Origin: a virus
Taxonomy: Duplodnaviria; Caudoviricetes
Direction: 5' to 3' (one strand)
Length of the DNA stretch: 60,327 nt
Virus record (IMG/VR): IMGVR_UViG_3300008113_010061
Span: 1-60,327 of that record
In this document: piece after piece, positions 25,601 through 35,900 of the stretch
Position numbering within the stretch: the stretch's first letter is position 1
How the letters are laid out: each line of letters starts with the position of its first letter
The notes under the pieces: model-generated
The model's database searches: none
What the model saw: only the letters and a program-made list of their open reading frames with translations
What the model was told of the DNA's origin: nothing
Translations under genes and position numbers: made by a program

Positions 25601-28460
25601 ACGACTGGGTACTCTTGCAGCATATACACCCACCACCTTCCCTACTCCAAGCTTTAAAATATATGGCAGCAGTGCCGGCACAAGTTATAATCCAAGCTGG
25701 GAATGGAGCGAAGCACCAGTAACTTCGGCTCCGTCTTCGTTGGTTTGGCACAATCCAGCAACGGTTGTAGATAGTTCAACTGCCACAGTACAATTTACAA
25801 AAATTCCGCCAAATTCTCAGCTGGATGCGCCCATACCACACACCAGTGGTCTGGTGTTGCTGCGCGCACATACCCAGTGGCGTACATCATCTATCGTGGC
25901 CACGGCCAGCAGTGTCAGTACATTCCTAGAACTAGGCGTCAACAGCAGCAATTATCCTGCGGGTGGATTTGTGCCTGGATCCCTGGCCTGCGATACCAGC
26001 ACAGGTCTGCTGGCCAGATTTCCACAGGATGGCTACAATGCCACGGCCAACAACACCAATCCCAATCCCTGCATACCCATAGGATCTCGGCCGGCCAACT
26101 ATGTCTACAGTAGGACTTATGTGTCAAAGGGGGCCTACTATACCTATAATACAACGTCGACTGCGGGGCTGTTGTTTGCCTATGGCAGCAGTGCCAGCAC
26201 ACACAGCAGATTTGTGCAGAGTGTGCCTACCTTTGGCAGAACTCATACCACTAGCATAAGATTTTTAGTAGGCACAGGCAACACCACCGATCCCAACACC
26301 AACAGTCCCTACTACAGTCAATTGAATCAAGCAACCTCGGGTCAGGATCTGGAACTTTGGTATCAGACCGGCGATGATCCACAGCCACCCACCAACGGTG
26401 TCAGTCCCAGCACACTGGGCTGGACTCGTCAACAGGTTTTATTCACCGGAGGCAGCAGCACTGGCTTTACTGCGGGTGGTGTGGTTTCCACCAAAACTGC
26501 TACAATAACCACGGCATCCGATACATCGCTGAGCTGGCTAATCTGGCAGAAAAGTTTCACCGGCACCGGCACCACCAGCAACACCAGTCTCAGCAATTAT
26601 CTGCTGACCTACTGGGCCGTGTCGTCAACCATGACCGCTACGGGCAGCAACAGCAGCAACACGGCGCTGTATTTTGCTGGCAATCGTCTGCAGGTAGGCA
26701 GTGGCAGCGTGGTGCGCATACCCAATCGCACCACCAAGGCTGGCGCAACAGTGCTGGAGGATTTCTATGTTGCAGAAAATCCCAGACTACGTTCCGTCAA
26801 TGGCGATGCCTATCTGGTGCTGCGACCAGTAGCCACGGTGACGTCGGTGCCCTATGTTGCCAGCATCAACAACTGGTTTACCAGCGCGGTCACCAGCTAT
26901 GGAATCTACAATGTAGCTTTGTCCAACATACCAGTGTACCTGGTGGAAACACGCACCATCAACAACATTGCCAATGAAACCACGCTTACTGTAACCACAG
27001 CCTGGAGCAGCACCAGCAATCGAAGCTGGGCTACGCAGGCCAGCGGCTACAGTACCCGAGTGTTTGCCATCAACAGCGTGGCCTCGGATACTGGTCTGAG
27101 TCTGCGCGCACTGGCTCAGGCAAGTTCGCGCTATCTACCACCGGTGGTTTCACTAACCACGGCCAGTACCCTGCTGGCCGATCGTAGATTCAGCGTGGTC
27201 AGCATTGCCAACGACACCACCATTACTGTGAGCGGCGGTGGTGTCTACACCAACATAACCGACAAAACTGCGACCTTTGCACGTCGTGAAACCGGCATCG
27301 AAGGCTACACAATAACTGGTTTTCACAATGGCAGCAATTTAACAGCCAACACCACCTGGGTTAGCTCGGGGCTGCCCGGTACGGATTATCTGGGCAACAA
27401 CTACGGTACAGACCTGAGTCGTCTTACTGTGACCATAGGCAACAGCAGCTTTACTGTGGTGCGGGTGGTAAACAACACCACCATACTGGTCACTGGCAGC
27501 GCAATTACATCGAACTTCTGGGATACCAGCATGGTGTCGCGTTTCCCTGCAGCCAGCAGTCAGATCATCATTACAGGCACTGGCACCAAATTCTTGGCAT
27601 CGTCGGTAACAACCACGGGCGCCACTGCCGTCACCACCACCACCGAAGAAGTCACTGAGTATGACAATGACGACCGTCGTACTGGTTACTTGTCCATCAA
27701 TGGTCAGGTATTCAGCATTGTTGACATATCATCGGATACAGTGCTGGTGGCCAGTGGCAACGCTGTTACTGCGGCAATTTCCGGAGCCGCCGGCGAAGCG
27801 TTTCGACGAGTGCGTACGGGTGCCACAGGACGTCAGCTGGTCAATCCTGGCGGTGCCAGTTTTGATAAGTTTGGTGCCAACATCACCAACGACGATACCC
27901 TGGTGGTGCAGGATCCCAATGTGGACTTTGCACTGGTGCGCGAATTATATCATACTACTTCGGTGTTGGCGCTGGGATCCAGTACACTGATTCTCAACAC
28001 CAGCATCAGTCTCAGCACAGGCAGCAGCGTAATATTATTGGTGACCTGGATCAAGGATCTGAACATTGATGTCAGCACAGAAACCTACAATGCACTCAAC
28101 ATCACTGCATCGTCCACCGGCACGTTTATTGCGAATTTCAGCGATGAAATACAGCGCAACCATCGTGACATTGCTGTGGGTCGCAGTCTGATGTATTCTA
28201 AATCTGTGTATCTGACCAGCAGCAACAGCATCACCAGCACCAATGTAGTGGCGCATGGCGACACCACGGGAACCGCAGTATGGAACTGGACGCCCAGCAA
28301 CATAGCTCGTCCTGGTACCTACAGCAGATTTTCTGCTGTGCTGAGCAGCAGTTCGGCAACCAGCATGACCATCTATGTCAAGGTCGCCGGCGACGTCAGC
28401 AGTACCTGGAATACAGGTAGTCTGGACTTTTTAAATATTACGGTGATAGGCGCGACTTAA
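22599..28460 (+). CDS. gp7: gp7-like baseplate wedge initiator with a very large Ser/Thr-rich extension (1953 aa)
   Basis: Between gp6 and gp8; N-terminal Q.P.YV...YP.F..F...Y.EW.E, FY.SKG.E.S...FFR, IQDS.YWQ.FSYV, HP.G..LFGE. The remainder is beta-rich repeats. Confidence 0.7.
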   Translation: MTLDKRISDLLPTQVPDYVQEFYPLFVIFVTKYFEWLEQTGNPQEIIQNIQLDVDIDTTATSLATKFMAMYAPDLPQTSELDRSILVKHFRDFYVSKGSEESYRYFFRAFFNDEIAITLPGDRLFKSSNADWYVEKTLRVNAVTGNPRLMESAEIIGTSSNATAIVEEVVNSYGGWDIRLQNRSVVGEFHSSETITAIHYDHVENTSSQITVLNTKPLQILPGRQRGNDSLLSADQIIQDSFYWQKFSYVVRTRIDLSRWQDAVLEQLHPSGRNLFGELIVDNSTSMTVSSVTQFSQSNAIESEVRLFTSSTSFYLVPGVTWDRLANGRTGTSATVTAESVVYDASYTYAGENVTFALQGITDAGEVLEETITYTSITGTVSVNVTTSVTTTSRDIVSYSMPVTSITGTISASTADVSSTITLTGVSTLFTAEIEPTNVWRRVTGQDAGLNPIYEYNTSVLTIRQLAVTGTATLVAQTPVAPDYLLYVSGIGTRFRSDLLVNTETTAPIVEAGQPEPLLYLDNYILSGDITFTSGSTSVVGVNSQFSEISQLSTSTLTVIKPLQGLFTQVSSVPGLATAFYEISPSQAGLITSISGTTLSFSATTSNASSVNTAAQSAFGTDRAWRIDIPTPFPVQLLTTSTNTLYVHASGFIASDTSAPSHYSSVSTFQTFRPFTGPYVGVYPNYLNNLASVHWGTQGSAPNRYFTIHYNGSYSRSALSPNPTLYFYTSMTLRGAAGAAGGGTLGAAKSRTSGVTTNGYYEITMPWGVYFGGTSYSKIYVSHNSRVAFGNWIAYDSSQTITRNGYIYGIIPHLDLCNYANIAGSYNDSIYYNVTSVSAVYYNTFGTAPERTFVVRFEGDHQSGALVRVIWELEFQESYPGDININFGHPAQTTANTYPNLGSIGVSTIQWGEANAGGGWTASYSGLYTQHADYVFDSSGASIIAPVTSNMVQTDGGANTTFSIGNLDVQTDNPRGAMKWEMSFPENSASPTILRTGLIRKRLGTLAAYTPTTFPTPSFKIYGSSAGTSYNPSWEWSEAPVTSAPSSLVWHNPATVVDSSTATVQFTKIPPNSQLDAPIPHTSGLVLLRAHTQWRTSSIVATASSVSTFLELGVNSSNYPAGGFVPGSLACDTSTGLLARFPQDGYNATANNTNPNPCIPIGSRPANYVYSRTYVSKGAYYTYNTTSTAGLLFAYGSSASTHSRFVQSVPTFGRTHTTSIRFLVGTGNTTDPNTNSPYYSQLNQATSGQDLELWYQTGDDPQPPTNGVSPSTLGWTRQQVLFTGGSSTGFTAGGVVSTKTATITTASDTSLSWLIWQKSFTGTGTTSNTSLSNYLLTYWAVSSTMTATGSNSSNTALYFAGNRLQVGSGSVVRIPNRTTKAGATVLEDFYVAENPRLRSVNGDAYLVLRPVATVTSVPYVASINNWFTSAVTSYGIYNVALSNIPVYLVETRTINNIANETTLTVTTAWSSTSNRSWATQASGYSTRVFAINSVASDTGLSLRALAQASSRYLPPVVSLTTASTLLADRRFSVVSIANDTTITVSGGGVYTNITDKTATFARRETGIEGYTITGFHNGSNLTANTTWVSSGLPGTDYLGNNYGTDLSRLTVTIGNSSFTVVRVVNNTTILVTGSAITSNFWDTSMVSRFPAASSQIIITGTGTKFLASSVTTTGATAVTTTTEEVTEYDNDDRRTGYLSINGQVFSIVDISSDTVLVASGNAVTAAISGAAGEAFRRVRTGATGRQLVNPGGASFDKFGANITNDDTLVVQDPNVDFALVRELYHTTSVLALGSSTLILNTSISLSTGSSVILLVTWIKDLNIDVSTETYNALNITASSTGTFIANFSDEIQRNHRDIAVGRSLMYSKSVYLTSSNSITSTNVVAHGDTTGTAVWNWTPSNIARPGTYSRFSAVLSSSSATSMTIYVKVAGDVSSTWNTGSLDFLNITVIGAT

Positions 28461-28464
28461 ACCG

Positions 28465-28471
28465 ATAAATA
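28465..28471 (+). promoter_or_regulatory. Late promoter ATAAATA before gp8
   Basis: Intergenic motif followed by AAGGA RBS and ATG 28497. Confidence 0.65.
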
Positions 28472-28496
28472 AACTAGTACAATTCAAGGATTTAAC

Positions 28497-29930
28497 ATGG
28501 CCATAGTAACCAGCAAATTTCGCGTAGCCGCAGCCAGTGGATTCGCCACTAGATTTGCCACGGACAGCATCTACATGGTGCTGGGACGCCCACAGAGCTG
28601 GGACAACGCACTGAGTGCAAACTTTATAGCACAGAGCGGTCAGACCACCAGCGATACTGCGCCGCCCACACCCACAGACAACTATCTAAACGAGCACAAC
28701 GTCTGGCGCGATGCCATGGCTGCTGTGCGGGTAACTGCGGGCGATATACGACTCTGTACTGTGAGAAACACCTGGATCAGCGGTACACGCTATGACATGT
28801 ATCGCCACGACATCGGCCCAAATCAGAGCACAGCCACGGGTAAGTACAATCTCAGCGAAAGCAACATGATTGTCTACAACACTGGCAACAGTTCGGTGTA
28901 CAAGTGTTTGTACAACGGCAGCAACGCTGCCTATACTACAGGCATTGTCAGCACCAACGCGCCAACTTCTACGAGCTTTACTCCGCAGACTACGGCCGAC
29001 GGCTATATCTGGAAGTTCATGTACACCATTACTGCAGGTGACGCAGATTTCGTTACTGCCAACTACATACCAGTACCCACCAACACCAGTTCGGTGAGCA
29101 ATCGTCTGGGCATAGATGTTATACTGGTCACCAATGGCGGAAGCTATGGTAGCAATCCTTCGGTGATTGTCTATGGCGATGGTACCGGAGTAACTGCTAC
29201 TGCCACCACCAGCGCAGGTGCCATCACCAAGGTCACCGTAACCAATGCCGGCGAAGGATACACCTGGGCCAAGATTGTGTTCAGTGCCACCACCATAACA
29301 ACAAACGCCAGTGCCATAGCCATCATTGCACCCGCTGGCGGACATGCCAGCAACCTGGCATCAGAATGCAACGCACACAACGTCATGATTGTGGGATCGG
29401 CACAGAGCTATCAGGGCAGCGACATACCAGTGAATCAGGATTTCCGCACTGTAGGCTTGGTAAAAAATCCCGTGGTGTATCAAACATCGTCGGCGGCCTT
29501 CACCACTACTACGGTAAGTGTGGCCGATACTGTGCGCATTGCTCGCACACTAGTGATGACCAGCTCAGCTACAACGGCACCGGCCAACGACATTGTGCTG
29601 AGCAACACCACTGGTGCCAGTGTACTGGCAGTTTTTCAGAGTTCCACCACCACCAATCTGCAGTTTATTCAACCCATAGCTTCAGACACCAGTGTGATCA
29701 GTTCCACTGAATTGGCACGCATTGATAGCTCCACTACACTGCGTCTCAAGCAGTTCAGCGCAGGTCAGGTCATTACTGGCACAGGCTACAGCGAAGCCAT
29801 CAGCAGCGTAACCAGCATTGCACCTGAACTACAACACTACAGCGGTGAGTTGTTGTATCTGGATTATCGTGCACCCGTAACACGTAATTTAAATCAAAAC
29901 GAGAAAATAAATATCGTCGTTAATTTCTAA
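28497..29930 (+). CDS. gp8: Baseplate wedge gp8
   Basis: AIVT.KFR..AA..F, GRP..W, W.SGT.YDMYRHD, VYKCL.N, DGY.WK.MYTI, DFR.VGLV.NP, YSGE.LY...R.P..R..NQ.E.I.IV..F. Confidence 0.9.
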   Translation: MAIVTSKFRVAAASGFATRFATDSIYMVLGRPQSWDNALSANFIAQSGQTTSDTAPPTPTDNYLNEHNVWRDAMAAVRVTAGDIRLCTVRNTWISGTRYDMYRHDIGPNQSTATGKYNLSESNMIVYNTGNSSVYKCLYNGSNAAYTTGIVSTNAPTSTSFTPQTTADGYIWKFMYTITAGDADFVTANYIPVPTNTSSVSNRLGIDVILVTNGGSYGSNPSVIVYGDGTGVTATATTSAGAITKVTVTNAGEGYTWAKIVFSATTITTNASAIAIIAPAGGHASNLASECNAHNVMIVGSAQSYQGSDIPVNQDFRTVGLVKNPVVYQTSSAAFTTTTVSVADTVRIARTLVMTSSATTAPANDIVLSNTTGASVLAVFQSSTTTNLQFIQPIASDTSVISSTELARIDSSTTLRLKQFSAGQVITGTGYSEAISSVTSIAPELQHYSGELLYLDYRAPVTRNLNQNEKINIVVNF

Positions 29931-29946
29931 GACGCAAAGGTAAAAC

Positions 29947-32900
29947 ATGGATTTCAATCAGGCACCGTATTTCGACGACTTCGATGAAGACAAACAGTAC
30001 TACAAGGTACTGTTCAAGCCCGGTGTAGCTGTTCAGACGCGTGAGCTCAACCAGCTGCAAACCATACTGCAGAATCAGGTCACCAAATTTGGTAATCACG
30101 TATTCAAAGACGGCAGCATGGTCATTCCTGGCCAGGTCAACTACAACGACAAGGTAAGCTATGTCAAGCTGGCCAGCACCAATCTGCTGGGCGAAGACCT
30201 AGGTTTCTTAGAAGATCAAATTTTGACCAGCAACGTCAACGAAGAAGCCGCAGTCGAAGCCACGGTAATTAAAGCCATACCTGCCACAGACGCTGGCGAT
30301 CCCATAACCCTGATTGTGGTTTATACACGGGGGTATCAGGACACCGCAGGCAACGATTTCAGAACATTCACCGCAGGCGCCACACTGTATGTCAAAGGCA
30401 ACATTAGCTACAGTGTAACTGCGCAGGGTGGCGACAACATTACTGGACCCAGTGCCGTGGCCGCGCAACAACCCGGCGTGTATTATCTCGGCGGTTATTT
30501 TGTCACAGTACCCAAGACAGTTGTGGTGGTGCAAAAATATGTCACCAGCACCGCAGTAATAAATGCCAAGATTGGTATTGTCTACACCGAAGAAATTGTT
30601 ACCTATGAAGACGATAACACGCTGTTGGACAATGCTGCAGGAACAACCAACGTAGCCGCTCCGGGTGCGGATCGCTATAAAATCAACACTGACTTTGTGA
30701 TGCTGGGACTGGAAGAAAGTCGGGAAAATTTCTTTGAACTGATTCGCATTGAATCTGGTGTACTGCAGCAGATCATCAATGCTTCGCAGTACAACATCTT
30801 GGAAGAAGCTCTGGCCGAACGTACCTATGATGAAAGTGGAAACTATGTAGTCAAAGATTTTAGTTTTGAAGTACGTGAAAGTCGCAACAACGATCGCGGC
30901 ACCTGGTTGCCCAACACTGGATATCTGGTCAACGACTACATTGTTGCCTACAGCGGTACTACTGCGCGCTATTTTACCTGTGTTCAGTCTGGTATCACCG
31001 CCGGTGGCACTGAACCAGCACTGCTGCAACTTGTGGACGAATCACAGAGCGTAGTCGATGGATCGGTGCGCTGGAGATATTCAAAACGTGATCAGCTGGT
31101 AAACAACCGCGGATACTATGACGTAGGCACCAGCGTGACTTCGCTGGGCAACAGCAGTCAGTTAGTTTTGTCTTTTGGTCCGGGCCGTGCCTATATTCGT
31201 GGATTCAAAGTAGACAAATTGGCTGCTACCACGCTCAACATCAACAAGTCTCGGGAAACAGCCACGGAAAATAATCGCATCATTGCCACCAACATCGGTA
31301 ACTATGCCTTTTTTGATCCCAATGAAACACTGGGCATGGTGGATGTCAGCACCGGGCCCGAAGTGGAATTCTATGATCGCATCATTGGCGACAACACCGT
31401 GCCCCTGGGTTATGGTAACAAGGTCGGTGTTGGAAGACTCTTGTATGTAGACAACGGAGTACAGGGTACCTTCCGCATAGGTTTTGACAACATACGCATG
31501 AACCTAGGCAAGGTCTTTGAGCGCGATGCCAACATGATGATTGTTCCTGATCCAGCTGGAACGTTGCTAAACAAATCATATCAACACTCTGGACTGGTGC
31601 GTTACTTTGGTCCGGCCAGTGGCACCAGCGGCTATGTACAGCTCAGCGGTGCAGTGCAGGTACTGCCCAATCTTAGTTCGGCCAACGATCCCAATAATCA
31701 GCTCAATGGCTATGGCGCAGAAGGCAGTACATTGTATTTTGGACAGGGTGGTAATCGCAGCGCGCTTTGGCAAAGTTGGAACAACAACACCAGCACCAAC
31801 ACCAGCTACAATACAATAACCGGATTTGCCTACAATGCCAGCACAGGATTTACTGCCTGGGCCTTTGCCAGCGCCACCATGGTTCTGCGCGGCGTAAATA
31901 CTGCATTTACCAAGGAGTTGCTGATTGGTGAAACTGTGACCATACAGACCAGCAGCAACACAGTCAGCAGTTGGATCGTAACTGCGATCGCCAATGACAC
32001 CACAGCCACTATTTCTGGTGGGCCAGTATTCAATCAATACACCACCACAGGCTGGAGCTCTTTCCATGGTGGTACCATAAACAGTACGGAAACCACCGGT
32101 GTGCTGCGGTCCGGTGGTACCAGTGCGGGAACCTATACAAGTTCCGCTTTGAGTGGATTTACCATAACAGCGGTTGCTCCGTTTAGTGCCAACAACGGAT
32201 CGTATGTATACAATATTGCTAAAACCTCTGGTGTGGGTGCTTATGGCAATTTTAGTTCACAGCTGAGCATTGGCAGCATCATTGCTTTCTGTGCGATAGA
32301 TACCGGTATTCCCTGGACTGGTAACGCACTCGCTGCCGGTGTTACTGGTCAACCCTATGCGCAGTTTGTTGAATCCACAGTCTGTCCAATCAATGGCTAT
32401 ACCTTTAGTTCGGCATCCACCAGCTATGGCCTGCGTACTCAGCAATGGACCTATCAAAATGCCGGTGGTACGTCTAGCGTGGCCGGCAACATAAGTTCCT
32501 ACATGGTCATTGGTTGGGGTGATGTCAGTGTCAACAACAACGGCTTGACGATAGCAGGCCCATCACTTGTTGGAACTTTGTCTACAGCGTCTGGTATGGT
32601 GGTGTTGCTGCGCGGTACTGATAGTAATCCCGTAAAATCTGGCAGCATTGCGGGATCGCCGGCAGCCATTACAAGAACTGCCAGATCCGATGTTAGCACC
32701 AGTGCTTATGTCAGAGTCACAGCCGGTACGTTGTTTGGCATTGGCACCAGCAATGCTGTGAATACTCCGTCAAGACTGCAGACTGAAACACGAAACAATC
32801 AGCAGATTTATTTGGATACTGCTACACAGAACAATGCCACTACAATACAGCGCATCTCCACAGAAAATCGTGCACTGTTGTCTTTTTCAGCCACCAGCGC

Positions 32901-35900
32901 AGCAACCAATCTTACAGCCTGGACCAGTCAGAGTTTGATCAATGGATCTACCAGCACACTGCTGGGAGTTACATATGGTACCTGGTACAGTGGTGTGGCT
33001 GCTAGTTTTGCCAGCGAAGTATTTGATAGTTTTGCTCTGGGCATCAATACTCGACGTCTGTCGGGTCTGTACAAGTTACAGGACTACAACGGCAGTACTG
33101 GTACTGCGACAGTGCATACTGCGCTGCGCATCACTGGCGATAGCACTGCTAAATTTACACAGGAATTGCGTGAAAATGATCTGGTAAAAATCAACGATAA
33201 TCGAATTTTTATTACCCACATCAGCAGCAACAACGTTGCCTATGGCATCAGCATGGATGGCAGCATTACTGGCAGCAACGCAGATTTTCCCATGCTGAGA
33301 ATCAGCAATAAACTTGTTGGTACAGAATACAATAGTTTAGTTTTCAAGGTCGCTGATGCGCTTACCGATCTGCGCGACAACAGTTACTATGTGTACAAGA
33401 CCGAACAAATCGATGGTGTGTTGAATCAAAGCGCAGTTACCATTACTTTGGCTGGACCCACGGGTTCATTGAATGGCGAACAACTGTTCAGCACCAATCC
33501 TTCGGCCTTCATAGTAGCAGAAAATACTGTGAACAGTCTGGCCACACCGGCCACGGTCATAGCCGTCAATGTTGGCGCCACTGCCTCAGAATATGTACTT
33601 ACTGTAGATTCACCATTCCAAAGCAATCGGGTGCGTGTTGTTTATCCTGTGCTGCATGCAGCAGCCAATGGCAATGTACTGGGCGGTGTAAAATCCAAGA
33701 CCTTGATCTATGATCAAGCCGATGAATTTTTAAACAGCTCAGTGGCATCACGCACTATTTTGACTCTCACCAATTCTGATGTGTATCGTGTAAACAAAAT
33801 AATGATGGCTACGGGATTTGTAGAATCCTGGACTCCGGCAGTGCAGGCCACGGCCGTGGACATCACCACCAAGTATGCGTTTAGAGCCAATCAGACCAAC
33901 AATTATTATGGTCTTTCGTTCTTGACGATAAATGCTGGCCAGGCATTGCCCAGCGGCAGCGTCAAAGTTTGGTATGATTACTTTGAACATGGTCTGGGCG
34001 ATTTCTTTAGTTTAGCTAGTTATAGCCCACTGCAGGTTCCACGTGAGAACATGCCAGAGTACAACGGCACTCCACTGAGCGATGTTTTGGATTTCCGCTC
34101 ACGCATAGATCCTGATACCAATCTGTTGATTGGCAACAGTGTGCCAAAATTTGATTCAAACTTCATAACCGATCTATCCTATTATCTGCGACGCAAAGAA
34201 TCTGTATTGTTGGATCGTCGCGGAAGATTCTATAATGTTACTTCGGCATCGGCATTGGCGCCACGAGAGCCCGAGATATCAAAATCTACGGATAGCCTGA
34301 CCATGTATCAGCTGACTCTGCAGCCATATACAACACCGCCAGATCCTAAAAACATCAGCATAGTTAAAAAAGAATATCAACGCTACACCATGCGAGACAT
34401 TGGTGACATGAATCGACGTCTAACTTCCTTGGAAGAAATCAGTGCGTTGAATTTGTTGGAAGTTAAAACTAAGAATTTACAGGTTCGCGACAACGCTGAT
34501 CCCACTCTGGAGCGTTACAAGACTGGATTCTTTGTTGATAGCTTTAAACTCAGCGAAGATTATTCCGACGATGACATGGATACAGATTTTACCAAGGATT
34601 CTGGAGATCCAACTCTGTATCCTTCGGCTGTAATTCGTGATTTCGATCTCATGGAGAAGATTAATTTTACTGGTGCAGTAATTACTGGTATAGAACAAGA
34701 GCCTATTATAGCAGCTCGAGCCCTGGATAATTATCGAATTACTGGTGAAACCATAACCTTGGACTACACCACCAGCACCATACTGCAACAAACCATGGCC
34801 ACAACTTCCATTGCGGTGGCACCGTTCCTGCAGGCCAATTTCATCGGAAATCTGGAGCTCATACCCGACAGCGACATCTGGACCACAACAGTGACCAATG
34901 AAAATGCGGTCAACAGTGGTCGTGATCTGTTTACACAGGAACAGTTCAATGCTGCAGTACGTGGACGACGTGTTAACGTTACATATTTCCAAGTAGCTCA
35001 GAACGCAGGATTTAATTCCACCAACGTGCAACAAAATGTCTATCCCTTTATGCGTGCCAACACCATAGTTTTGCGCGCTTCGGGATTGCTGCCCAACACC
35101 AAACACTACGTATTCCTGGACGAGGAGCCCCTGGGTGAATATGTTACTGGTGCCATGCGTTTCAAGTTCGACAGCATGCCGGTCTTGGATTTCTCAATTT
35201 CCGTGGCAGACCGCAATCAATGGGCCAAATGGCGTGGCATAGATGAGTTTCAATGGACCACCAGAGAAGAACTAAGAACTGTTTGGGGGTGGAGAAGCTC
35301 AGGTAAATTTGGTCCTAGCCATTGGGGCGCATGGCAAGAAAAAGTAAAAATAAATTATCTCAAGGCCGTAGAACCGCGTCGAGATGCCGAAGAACTTGCT
35401 CTGCCCAATTCAGCTTTTGGCAACGGTTATCGTAAAAGTTTTGAGCGCGGACGTTCTGTGTATCATTACAATGGCAGTGCCTATGTGGGCAGTGCTGTGG
35501 CCATGTATCAGAAAGGCACTACACTGTACTGTGTAAATGCTCGTGGCAGCATGAGCCGCGCCTTCATGAAGAGTCGACCCTTGGTCAATGGTCGACGCGG
35601 TTATACCTATCCCAATGTTTTTTATGTCGCCGTGGATCAAAACGATCCCAAGTTAATCTCACAACAAGTGTTTCTTGATGAAATGCAGACCAGTGACGAT
35701 GAGGGCAATTTATACAGCGACAATGACGGTGTTATCGTGGCATTGTTTGACATGCCCAACAATGCTCTGAAGAAATTCCTTGGTGGTGACAGAACAATTC
35801 GCATCAGCGATACGCTGGAACCCGATGATGCCATCAGCATCGCCGAAGCCACGTATACATCCAAGGGCATACAGATCACTGTTACACGCAGCTATGAAAC

